Part shown: piece after piece, positions 10,501 to 20,924 of the stretch
How positions within the stretch are numbered: position 1 is the stretch's first letter
Layout: every line of letters starts with the position of its first letter
Source of the DNA: Haliotis rubra
Lineage: Eukaryota
Reading direction: 5' to 3'
Length of the DNA stretch: 64,000 nt
Assembly (NCBI RefSeq): GCF_003918875.1
Contig: NW_025767358.1
Coordinates: 558,001 to 622,000 of the forward strand
The notes under the pieces: generated by a model
Told to the model about the DNA's origin: nothing
The model's database searches: none
What the model saw: the letters and a program-made list of their open reading frames with translations, nothing else
Position numbers and translations under genes: made by a program

Positions 10501-13053
10501 ACTGCAGATGTGACTATATACTATTTAACTCTCTCTCACCCACTCTTCATATGGGGGCTATTGTGTAGCTTAGTGGTTAAAGTGTTCGATCGTCACGTCC
10601 AAGACCCGGGTTCGAATCCCCACATGGGTACCATGTCTGAAGGTCATTTCTGGTGTCTCCGCTGTGAGACTGCTGGAATATTGCTAAAAGTGGTATAAAA
10701 CTAAAACTAACTCTTCATATGACAAATTCCTCTTGTATTATTGTCGTCCTCTTTTCAGTGGCCCCAAAGCTCTAGTCACCACGGGTTTCCAGACCCCAGC
10801 TATCTCCAAGACCATACCATGCAGGCCAAGACATTCGCAAATTATATGATCCAACTGAAGAACTATGGGAATTACATTGACGACATGGTCTGGAACATAG
10901 AAGGTGAGTGAGTGAGTTAATATTTAACGTCATATCGGCAATATCTCAGCCATATTGTGATGAAAACAGGCGATGGACAGTAAAAATAGTAGAGTATCAC
11001 AGATATGAATATACAACTAAACATTTTAATTAAAAAAACACAATGCAATAAAAAACACAGGATACAGATCGCCAACAACGGAAGGTAGATCACCATACTT
11101 GGGGCGATGGGGACTTAAAGTACCGTTTCTGGAACATAGAAGGTTTGAGATGACATTTAAATCATTTCGAGACGTTTATGGGAAAACTGCAATCTGTAGA
11201 GCAGATATATGGAACATGTTTTGAGTTAAGATCATAAGGCTTCAATTATTGCACCGGGGGTTGATTTTGGGAATCTCATTTCGCGCCCCAATCTCTTTCG
11301 GCAATGAACGTATATTTGACGTCTAGTTGCATGTATTTACATCTTCACCAATCCACTCTCTCTCTTTCACACATCAAGTAGTTTATAATGCGATGAGCTT
11401 AATTTAAAATTCTCTGACAGGGAAGGTTGCCCAGTGGTTACAGCTTTGGCTTGTCACGTCGCAGAACCGTGTTCGATTCCCCTCGTGGGTACAATGTGTG
11501 AATCGCACTTCTGGTTATTGCTGGGATATTGCTAAAAGTGGCGTAAAACTAAACTCACTCACTAAGCTGACTGGGACGGTTGTTTCTTTGCAGGTCTTCA
11601 CTGGCCAAGCTGGATTGATAAATCTCAGCATCTTGATAAATTCCCCAACAACCTTGACGCTGCATCAGAGTTTGTGTCCCTAATGATTCAGAGTGCCAAG
11701 GACTACACAGGAGGACACCTTCCCTCTATCTTTGAACCTCTCAATGAACCTGATTGGGTCGAAAAGTACATCCCCCCAGAAACGTGTACCGATTTCCACA
11801 AGGCCGTCGCCGACAAAGTGAGAAAGAAGTTTGGAATCAAAGTTAGCGGACCATCGTACACTAGTATGGCCTTACGACAAGCAGATGAAAATGATTTTGC
11901 CTTCTGGAAGAGAACTGCAAAGTTTCTTGACATGTCTCTTGATCACTTGGACTTTTTCTCTTTCCATTCCTACAACTACCTGACGGACGTATCAGGTAAA
12001 AGCTACTTGGGCATCAACGAAGCTCGTCTTTTTGCTTCTCTTGACATGGTGGAGAATTATGCTCATATCAAGAAAGGAAAAAGTGTTCAGTTAGTTAACA
12101 CTGAATTTGGATTAGGCTTAGATAACCTTCAAGGCGTTGGCCCAGATTTTGAAAATGGAATGACGGATTTTCAGACAATTTATCAAGCAAACGGTTTCTT
12201 GTGTTCTTTCTTTAACCTGAGAGAGGTGATGGACAGAGCTACAATCTTCCTCCTCTCTAATGAACAATACCCAGGTCATACTTCCCTTCGCAATTCCTTA
12301 TTTACGATGGATGGCCATGCCCTTAATGTGACAAAATACTTCACTTTTTGGAAAAACCTTGTTTATGATCACAGGTTTCTCCGATTCTCAAGTGAACTCA
12401 ATGGGAAGGAGAGAACAGTTTCACCGCTTGCCCTTGCAAACCCCCACACCAAAGAGCTGGTAGTACTTCTCCACAACTTTGGCAATAAATTTGAGAATGT
12501 AAAACTGGACTTCCCCAATAACTGGCTCGACCCTTCTACAGGCGAAGAAACATGTGTTGTATTAAAAGATGGTTATCCAGCTATTAATGCTGATTTCAAG
12601 TTTGACAGGCATAAACTGCATGGCACTGTTGGTCTCCCTGCAACATCAACCTGCTTCTACAAGTTTAAAACCAACTACAACTTCAACGGAATACGCACAG
12701 ACAATCAGCGCACATACTACGGCAGGAACATGCAAATCAAAATCATTAATGGACGTGCACAGACAACCGTCACTCTACCGAGCACTGGTTATCATGAGGG
12801 TCATCTTAGAGTGGGCATCAGCCGAGGGAAGAATTTCAATACCAAACCGAAATCCGTTGTGTTCAATGGTCAGACTTTGTCTTCAAGTTACATGCTGTAT
12901 GATGCAATGGGCACGCAAGGGAAAACAAACTGGAACGTGTGGGAATTCGCGGTCCCTCCGTCAAAAATCACCAAATCCAATTCCGTCACCTTATCCTTTG
13001 ATGGAAACGATGGATACGTGACCTCCGTTGGGCTCGCTGTTGGAAAAATTTAG
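7550..13053 (+). CDS. Secreted GH86-like beta-porphyranase/agarase, copy 1 (3 exons, 612 aa)
   Basis: Exons 7550-7783, 10759-10903, 11594-13053 with GT-AG introns (phases 0 and 1) splice into an open 1839-nt frame. Signal peptide MWLRVLCSLFLCGAAFS. Motifs FEPLNEP (E178, 11746-48), LDFFSFHSY, VNTEFG (E297, 12103-05) and C-terminal LRVGISR...NSVTLSFDGNDGYVTSVGL match my recollection of bacterial GH86 porphyranases. Confidence 0.88.
7880..8131 (+). mobile_element. tRNA-SINE family C interrupted by an (ATT)n-tailed L2-like 3' fragment (~7949-8056)
   Basis: SINE head to 7948 and tail from 8056 flank a segment ending GCGCTATATAAAT...(ATT)n. Confidence 0.65.
8540..8931. mobile_element. Foldback element remnant: ~85-bp inverted arms (8544-8776) plus a terminus of the 25394 MITE family
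   Basis: TAACAAACTATCATTAAAATAT.GACACAGTTCACTATTTG recurs in inverted orientation at ~8734-8775. Confidence 0.65.
9606..9823 (-). mobile_element. Retroposon family A copy (intron 1 of copy 1)
   Basis: Aligns to 1-245 with an internal deletion. Confidence 0.8.
9930..10545 (+). mobile_element. Nimb-LINE 3' fragment (ORF2 C-terminus + 3' UTR)
   Basis: Translates EDPQFCIS..ERITLKNVLLECVDFSMTRDNYFK, homologous to ORF 26151..26351. Confidence 0.7.
10553..10712 (+). mobile_element. tRNA-SINE family C
   Basis: TAGCTTAGTGG A box and GGTTCGAATCC B box. Confidence 0.75.
10906..11127 (-). mobile_element. Nimb-LINE 3' UTR fragment inserted at the exon 2 splice donor of copy 1
   Basis: 17-bp TSD TCTGGAACATAGAAGGT at 10889-10905 and 11128-11144. 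Confidence 0.85.
11420..11563 (+). mobile_element. tRNA-SINE family C, diverged (intron 2 of copy 1)
   Basis: B box GTTCGATTCC, shared body and tail. Confidence 0.7.
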
Positions 13054-13055
13054 TA

Positions 13056-13061
13056 AATAAA
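13056..13061 (+). terminator. Polyadenylation signal, copy 1
   Basis: AATAAA 2 nt after the stop; equivalent hexamer conserved in all copies. Confidence 0.6.
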
Positions 13062-13556
13062 GTCTCTTTAAGAATTTAAGATTTTTTTTCATTCCAATCT
13101 CACATCAGGAATGAAGTGCAGCGAGACGGTGACTGTATAAGAGACACAGATGTTCATTACAAGCTAACGATTCCACATAATGGAAGACAGAGTCTGGTTT
13201 ACTGCGCAGCAACGACTACAGTGTAAATTCAGACAGCATTATCAGCTAAAAATGATCGCTGGCATTATGATAATATATATTTATATCGCCATACACTAGG
13301 AATAATACGCCAAAAGAGGGTAACACGCGAAGGTGAGTGGGTTTAGTTCAGTTTAAATTGAATGAGTCAGTTTAGAATAGCATTCAAATAGAAAACGACC
13401 GTCCACTGATACCCACCTGAACTTAATTCGTTCACTTATTTGATAGGAATTTTAGAAGTTGAGTTGCTAAAGAATGATGACAATTATTTATGGATATACA
13501 ACTTCACAGAATAAAAGAAGTTCTATATTCATAAAACTTGTCATCATTCTTAATTA

Positions 13557-13779
13557 GTTGGTTTGTTCTTTAACGCCGCAATATTCCAGCTGTATGGCGG
13601 CTGTCTGTAAATAATCTAGTGTGGACCAAACAGTTCAGTGATAAACAGCATGGGCATCGAATGCGATATGATGACATATGTTAACCAAGTAAGCGAGCCT
13701 GACCACCTGATCCCGTTTGTCGCCTTTTGCGACAAGCATGGGTTACTGAAGATCAATTCTAACCCGAATCTTCACGGGT
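13557..13779 (-). mobile_element. Retroposon family A copy
   Basis: Aligns to 1-245. Confidence 0.8.
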
Positions 13780-13838
13780 GGACACGTTAAGGATTGATAC
13801 TAATTGAAATGTTCCTGAGGCAAGATACAAGCTGAAAG

Positions 13839-14054
13839 TGAGTGAGTGAGTGAGTTTAGTTTTACGCCGCACTCAGCAATATTCCAGCTATATGGCGGCG
13901 GTCTGTAAATAATCGAGTCTGGTCCAGACAATCCAGTGATCAACAGCATTAGCATCGATCTGCGCAATTGGGAACCGATGACATGTGTCAACCAAGTCAG
14001 CGAAACTGACCACCCGATCCCGTTAGTCGCCTCTTACGACAAGATAGTCGCCTT
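13839..14054 (-). mobile_element. Retroposon family A copy, 5'-truncated, 13-bp TSD
   Basis: TSD TACAAGCTGAAAG at 13826-38 and 14055-67. Confidence 0.85.
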
Positions 14055-14509
14055 TACAAGCTGAAAGATTCAACTCTAAGATATATTTATCCCGTCCATA
14101 CAAACCCTGAATATTACAATTCGATTTGGACAGTAACTGAAAGAGCTGTCAGATTAGCAGTGTTGATGGTTCCAAAAGTACCCCCAGCTTCATTTTGGAA
14201 GTTACGTCAAGATGAAGCCAGTTCAGCGTTTGGAGTACCATATCTATTATTTTCTGGTGTATTATGTTGGATATGATTAATGCCATCGATGTATCCACAG
14301 CATCAGTTTGGAAGTTACGTAAATTGAAGCCAGCGCAGTATTTTAGACACTTGAAAGAGGTGGCGTGCATTGCTATAACTGATAACTGTTTTTCAAGTGC
14401 TAACACATTCACTATGTCTGCCATAGAAGGCGAGTTTATAATGTGATTCTGATTGCGATACCGTCTTTAACTGCCAAAGAAGAACGTGGAAATTTTGCCC
14501 AGTACCCAG

Positions 14510-14658
14510 GGCCCCGTTTCACAAAGCTCTCGTAGGCCTAAGATCTCGTATCTTTTTTTCGTAGCATTCGTACCTCCAATGTTACAGTATAGCAGGTACC
14601 AATGCTACGAGAAAAGTTACGAGATCTTAGGCCTACGAAAGCTTTGTGAAACGGGGCC
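14510..14658. mobile_element. Palindromic MITE with CAG TSD (PIF/Harbinger-like)
   Basis: ~60-bp inverted arms starting GGCCCCGTTTCACAAAGC; CAG on both sides. Confidence 0.8.
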
Positions 14659-14832
14659 CAGGGGTATATCAAACTTTTGGATCAACCAATGGACATTGAT
14701 AGAACAACAGGTCAATATATGAGATGCAGGATGTGGAGGGGATGCATATATACTAAATAACAAAGACAAGAATATAATTTACACAATTCGCTGAACAGTA
14801 AGCTGATTGCGCCAGTAAGTTAACAACGAGAA

Positions 14833-15180
14833 GGTGAGGTGAGGTGAAATTGGGTTTAACGTCGTGCTTGAGAATATTACGCTCATATGACGACGTGCAT
14901 GAATGTGTATGTGTATGTGTGGCTTCTTGTACTAGCCCAGACTTAAGCTGGTTTTATAGTGCTAGCCCACTGAGATACGATGCCGCAGTGAAGCATGAAT
15001 ACCCCACTCAGACACAGTATACTGACCCCGAGTCGTCCTTGTTGTACCCATTAATGTCGAGCGCCAGGGACCAACAAGTACCATATTTTAACGTCTATTG
15101 GTATGACGCGGTCGGGGATCGAACCCGCGACCTTCCGCTCTCCGGGCGGACGCTCTAACCACTACACCACGGAGGCGGTC
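14833..15180 (-). mobile_element. tRNA-headed SINE, probably V-SINE superfamily
   Basis: Minus strand TGGTGTAGTGG A box, GGTTCGATCCC B box, then GTCATACCAATAGACGTTAAAATATGGTAC resembling the V-domain; (CACCT)n tail. Confidence 0.7.
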
Positions 15181-15324
15181 AAGACATGGAAGTCAGATAT
15201 GTACAAATCAAAGGGGTAGTTCAAAAGAGGGGAGTTGAACATACAGTTAATTGTTATAACTCACTGGTCTATCAGCTTACTTGCCAGGTAATTATATGAT
15301 AGTTACGTTATTTTCTTTGTTATG

Positions 15325-15326
<2 letters not shown>

Positions 15327-15373
<47 letters not shown>

Positions 15374-15386
15374 CATATATATATAT
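15327..15386. repeat. (AT)n microsatellite
   Basis: Seen directly. Confidence 0.95.
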
Positions 15387-15732
15387 TCCCTACATTTCAT
15401 GTTACATTCCTGCTTGACAACATGACAAAATCTGTATCGAAACGTGGCGCACACAAAATAACAGATGTTGTTATCAATAGGTGTTTCTATGTTGTACTCC
15501 CCAGCTTCTTCTAAAATGCCACTCAAACAAATTGATGTTTCGAGTTAAAACAAAATAATAAAGGTACATTCTTTAGCATTACAATTTCGTAGAATTATTT
15601 CTATGATGCGATTCACTGGTCATAATCGGTTATTTGTCTGCCGGTGCTCGAGCAGGTAACATAAACACAGTACAATAGTAACAGCATAGCAAGTACACAT
15701 GACACCTTTTTAATGGATAACAACTTTTTGTT

Positions 15733-15896
15733 TAAGACAAAATATTATGGATGTGAACTTCTTCTTTATTGTATACACAACGTTTCTGGGCTATTCCTTG
15801 CCCCTTCGTCAGGTGAATCACGAAGGGGCAGGGAATAGCCCAGAAACGTCGTGTATACAATAAAGAAGAAGTTCACATCCATAATATTTTGTCTTA
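15733..15896. repeat. 77-bp near-perfect inverted repeat, Penelope-like terminal remnant
   Basis: Arms 15733-15809 and 15820-15896 (2 mismatches), 10-nt loop; contains a hammerhead core on the minus strand. Confidence 0.8.
15775..15816 (-). ncRNA. Minimal hammerhead ribozyme motif (Penelope-type)
   Basis: Minus strand CAC-CUGACGA-aggggcaaggaauagccca-GAAAC-GUU-GUG. Confidence 0.5.
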
Positions 15897-15949
15897 TATT
15901 AAATAATATTTTTTCTATACTTGAATACCAACTTCTTGTTTAATCTTTA

Positions 15950-15990
15950 TACGACGTTTCAGGGCTATTGCTAGCTCCTTCATCAGGTGA
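15950..15990 (-). ncRNA. Minimal hammerhead ribozyme motif (Penelope-type)
   Basis: Minus strand AC-CUGAUGA-AGG(A)GCUA-GCAA-UAGCCCU-GAAAC-GUC-GU; stem II closed by a GNRA loop. Confidence 0.6.
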
Positions 15991-16159
15991 ATGTTGAGTC
16001 AGTGCACAGAGAGAATATATATAGATAGAACACGTTTACACAACTCAAGGTGGGAGAATGTACAAAGATAATAATGTAATTACGGAGCCAATTAGATAGG
16101 ATTATTGCACAAAGACAACAGTATATTGTAATGACAAATCCAAGGGTTAATTTACCTTT

Positions 16160-17030
16160 AGATTGCCTTTTAGAAGCATTTGGCGTTATGGTTGTTCCAA
16201 TTCTCTTGTATGGCTGAGATATATGGGGAGACGAGAAATAATAGAAAGAATTCACTTAAAATTTCTAAAATTAGCTTTCGGTTTGAGAAATAGCACCCCA
16301 AATTATATGCTTTATGGTGAATTTGGAAGAGAACCTTTGAGTATCAAAATCTATAAGTGATTTATTTCACATTTGCATAAATTAGCCTCTGAGAACACAT
16401 ATTGGAAACTATCCCAGATTATATATAACTTTGTTAACCACATCTGTGACAATACAAATAAAATCCCATGGTTACGTTTTGTGAAACATATCCTTGATAA
16501 CTGCGGTCTATCCTACGTGTTTGTATATCCGTATGTATGCTCGACGCCCTGACTTGTCTCAATGGTCGAAAACACCTACAGATTCCATTTTCTTTTTCAA
16601 AAATTGGCAGTCTAATGTTTATTCAAGTTCCAAGGGGGATTATTATGAATATTACAAAACCCAACCAATCTTAGAAAAATATCTTCTTCTTCCAAAAAGC
16701 ATATATTACCCAATTTTAAAGTTTAGAACATCTAACCATAAATTACCAGTTGAGACAGGCCGATGGTTTGGCATTCGAAGTGAAGACCGACAATGTCCAC
16801 TTTGTGTTTCAAACGCTGTTGGAGACGAGTTTCACTATTTGTTTAGATGTGAAGCTTTCCTCCAACTGCGACGTCAGTCTGTGAACACTAAATACATAGA
16901 ATTTCCAAATTTGTTCATCTTTAAGAAACTCTTGTCTACCACCAGCTTAAGCGACCTTCCCAACTTACTGAATCGCATATTTAATGCATTTAGAAAATGA
17001 AATATTTTTTTTATCTTGTATCTTGTAAGC
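16160..17030 (+). mobile_element. Non-LTR retrotransposon 3' fragment (RTE-X-like ORF2 C-terminus)
   Basis: IERIHLKFLK, STPNYMLYGEFGREPL, FRTSNHKLPVETGRW, CPLC...GDEFHYLFRC; stops and frameshifts. Confidence 0.68.
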
Positions 17031-17814
17031 TGCTGTTTTGTATATTATGTAAATGCATATACGCTTATCTGATGTAAGTAGTATTTGCTCTGTACCTATT
17101 TCATATTTTTTACCTTTTTAATTCGGCCTCCCATTTATATTTCCCTTATTACTCAGTTGTTGTTGTTGTTTGTTCTTGGGGTTGGTTTTTTTTTTTTGTG
17201 TTCTTTTTGTTGTTTGTTTTTGTTTCTTTTGTTTTTGGGGGGTTGGTTTGTTTTGGGTAGTAACATTACTCTTTCAAAATTTCTATTTTATGCTCCCCCT
17301 CATTGCTTAATAAGTGTACTACCCCGTCGCCGAAACACCTTAGTTGTGCGCGCAACGTTAAATAAAGCAAATGACAACACCATTGGCCACACACTACTAA
17401 ATGTAGAGGCAGCTTGTAAATAACCGAGTCCATGCGTTACACGCTATAGCATTGAAGGGAATGATGCATGCCGTCCACTCAATAATTCATTCTGTCGACT
17501 ATCACNNNNNNNNNNNNNNNNNNNNNNNNNNNNNNNNNNNNNNNNNNNNNNNNNNNNNNNNNNNNNNNNNNNNNNNNNNNNNNNNNNNNNNNNNNNNNNN
17601 NNNNNNNNNNNNNNNNNNNNNNNNNNNNNNNNNNNNNNNNNACATGACCAGTGTCAATGCAATATTTGTGACCTATATCAGGATCCATGTCACAGTTCTT
17701 TGAAGTGCATCTGAAATTTGTAAGGTCATTTCATATACAATAGTACTTAAAGTTTTGGCGTTTAAAGATTTTACTTGTTTTCAAATTAAGTACTAAGGTG
17801 TCTTTTCTAGCTTC

Positions 17815-18095
17815 TTTGAGTGCCATTTTAGAAGTTGGGAAGTACACTATTGAACAAACTTTATGGATAACAACTTCTAATATTTCGTGAGTGTGACGTT
17901 TCGATACAGATTCTTGTACCATTGTCAAGCAAGCATCGTTTGGATACAGATTCTTGCACCGGTGTCAAGCAGGAATCGTTTTGATACAGGCTCTTGTACC
18001 GTTGTGATTCCTGCTTGACAACGGTACAAGATAATGTATCGAAACGTTGCACTCACGAAATAAAGTAAGTTGTTGTCCATAAAGTTTGTTCAGTA
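17815..18095. repeat. Inverted + tandem repeat cluster, second Penelope-like family (related copy 15405-15530)
   Basis: Three ~39-41 bp units CGTTTCGATACAGATTCTTGTACC..TGTCAAGCA followed by an inverted copy CTTGACAA...GAAACGTT. Confidence 0.6.
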
Positions 18096-18475
18096 ATATC
18101 TTTTCTAGGTTATAATTATATTCTAAAATTATAAAATTATTATCTGTTATCTATTACACATCTGCTACCTAATTCTTGAAAGCATGTGAGTTGCATGTGG
18201 AGTTACAGATATTGACATAAAATGTGCAGCTGTTCTCATGACTTGTCAATCTTGTCAAGGTTTACTGATAACCTAAATGTACCGTTAACGAGCACATACA
18301 CGCGTGGCTATTAGTCAGCTCCACCCTCCCGACCCATCAAATCTGGCAACCTGCCATTCGTGGATACACTAATGTTTACACGCCAATAAGTAAAATACAT
18401 TATCTTCATGAATCGTTTCAAATGTTTACCATCTTCTCGGTGAGTGAAAATCAAGAATCAGCTACGTCTCCTGCA

Positions 18476-18741
18476 ATATAAACAGATAGCTTGTTGACTA
18501 TTATTAACGGATAGCCTATTGACTATTATAAACAAACAACCTATTGACTATTATAAACAAATAGCCTATTGACTATTATAAACAGATAGCCTATTGACTA
18601 TTGTAAACAAATAGCCTATTGACTATTATAAACAAATAGCCTATTGACTATTATAAACAGATAGCCTATTGAGTATTGTAAACAGATAGCCTATTGACTA
18701 TTACAAACAAATAGCCTATTGACTATTATAAACAAATAGCC
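18476..18741. repeat. 25-bp minisatellite (~10.5 copies)
   Basis: Unit CTATTGACTATTATAAACA(A/G)ATAGC. Confidence 0.92.
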
Positions 18742-18782
18742 CCCAGACTATCAATTTTCGTGACGTCTGAGAACGTGGCATG

Positions 18783-18786
18783 ATAT

Positions 18787-18850
<64 letters not shown>
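18783..18850. repeat. (AT)n microsatellite
   Basis: Seen directly. Confidence 0.95.
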
Positions 18851-18854
<4 letters not shown>

Positions 18855-18949
18855 ACAAAATGTCCAAAATAGCACAGGTGTTCAGTCATAAATATCACAT
18901 AGATAAATAAAAACAGAATGCCCGTGAGCACTAGGCAATAGATGTAATT

Positions 18950-19035
18950 GCTTGTCTATTCCACTGCTGTCATTGTAAACAACCTTCAATCAGCTTGTCT
19001 ATTCCACTGCTGTCATTGTAAACAACCTTCAATCA
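18950..19035. repeat. Perfect 43-bp tandem duplication
   Basis: GCTTGTCTATTCCACTGCTGTCATTGTAAACAACCTTCAATCA x2. Confidence 0.9.
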
Positions 19036-20835
19036 GAATATCTGCATTCACTGTAACTATCAAGTCTCTGGTGAGTTAATATTTTATATTTGTGACCAAA
19101 TATTTTAGATTTGTGACTCAATTGCATTGTACTAGAAATCTGTATTGTAATTCATTGTAGCTTGCTCATTGTTTGTTCAATACATTATTGAATATTCTAG
19201 ACTTGTCTGTGTTCTATTTTGCTGGTTTAAAGGGGGACTCTTAAACCTTTTGTCACGGGAAATAATTAACTATAACAAAATGTCTATATATAGCCTTGCC
19301 TGCAGTATTGTACATTATTTGCTTGATAACGGTCGCTCATATTAAACATAAACATATAGAGTTGTATATCCATAGAACGCTCCTCGGTGTTCACACATTT
19401 ACACTTAGCTATGAGGTAACCAGAATAAGGCGCAGCCTTACATTCCATAAGACAACATGGTCGCAATCTTAAGTATGGTTGTGTGTATTTTTAGATAACA
19501 AAAAGGAATGTATTTTGACTCTTGCACCTTGTCATCTATCGCAGGAATGAACCCATCCCAAATACCGAAATGACTATCTTGTACACAAGAGCTCCACATT
19601 AGCATATCAAAGGCCGTAACTCCTATGTACTTTTATCCACAGACCACGCTGGCCTTGAAACCGTCACAGGTAAAACAAAAATAGAACATATTCCTTATCG
19701 TTTCTCTGATACCGCATTGGCTTCTTTTTAGTTATACGAAATTCAGTGTATCGTTGCTTTGAAGTCTATATTTCTCTTTAACAAGAAAGGTATCAGATGT
19801 GAAAATTCCTCTGTTATGAGCAAGCTTGATTATGCTCCCATATATAGCAACGGGGATTTAGTTCACAGTGTCATGACACAGTACGATCACATATCAGAAC
19901 ATGCTTGTCATAATTATATATTCCATGGTAATTTGTGGAAACAAACGTGATATAGAATTTTAAGACTGTGTGATTTAAACATAATTTATTCATGAAAATA
20001 TACGTCATAAATGAATTGGCAAACACGCTCCGGGGAGTTATTTGTAGGCGCGCCCATTGTGCAAATACATAGAGAGGTAAATACGAAACAGATGACACAA
20101 CGATGATACTATTCTTAATTATCAGCTATCAAGATAAGGAAAATGCATGAATATATTCGTTTGTTTGGCAGTCAATATCAAATCGATCCGATTTTATTAT
20201 GCAATCTTGAATAGTTTTCAATAATTTATGTAGATCATTTTTCTAGTGAGCGATGCACATCCCAATAGTACCGACTGTGTGCTGGATAACGTTTAAATGG
20301 TTTAAACATATTTTCTTTTGATAAATTGTTCGGAAACTGGATCGGCAAACAAAGAAAAAACTTATATTAATTCCTCTCCAGACAAAATTACTTGCATTTC
20401 ATAACATTATTACAAAAGTACATGATATCATAAATAACATTAAGCACACAATATACATGAATATAAACGTCCATACAGCAAAAATACTGTCAGTTCTTCA
20501 AAGTGCCAGATGAAAACATAAGATTGATTAAATCTTCTTGAAATCATCTTAAAGTTAGGTACTGATAAAGCCATTATTAACTGATTTGATAATATCATGA
20601 TTTATACATTTGGGTAATTCTAGGTTACTATACAGTGCGTCATTTATGTTATATCAATGTTTGAAACAAAATAAATCGTTTCTTAAGGCAATATAGTTGG
20701 GACATATAGAAAGATAATGAAGGGTCTCCTCGAAGTCGTTTAAATATGATATGAGCAGCGAGGAACGTTATGTTGAGTCTGGAAAACTTTACTTTGTCTA
20801 CTTGTGTCTGAAATATGTTACACTGGTTATTCGAG

Positions 20836-20924
20836 GAATGTCAGCTGCTCCTTTCACATGCAGATTACAGCTGACAGTTAAAAGGCCACGTTGGCGACCA
20901 GACATGTCATCTTTTCACATCAGA
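20836..20924 (+). promoter_or_regulatory. Putative core promoter, copy 2
   Basis: GGAATG...CTTTCACATGCAGATT...CAGTTAAAA (TTAAAA 20878-83), conserved across paralogs. Confidence 0.45.

Noticed and set aside
12569-13021. Recurring alternative-frame and antisense ORFs overlapping the hydrolase exons
   Set aside because: They recur only because the underlying paralogous CDS is conserved; lengths and stops are inconsistent between copies.
11674-13053. ORF-track starts for the long ORFs (11674, 23438, 34891, 48161, 59178) as standalone bacterial-style genes or contamination
   Set aside because: They are exon 3 of spliced genes; the frame extends to AG acceptors and upstream exons supply the signal peptide.
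17085-17423. Hydrophobic 112-aa ORF resembling a membrane protein
   Set aside because: It derives from low-complexity T/G-rich sequence following a LINE fragment.
18476-18741. CRISPR-like regular repeat
   Set aside because: Head-to-tail 25-bp units with no unique spacers, no cas genes, eukaryotic context.
18860-19277. Possible solo LTR
   Set aside because: No clear TG...CA boundaries with TSD and no second LTR or internal domain.
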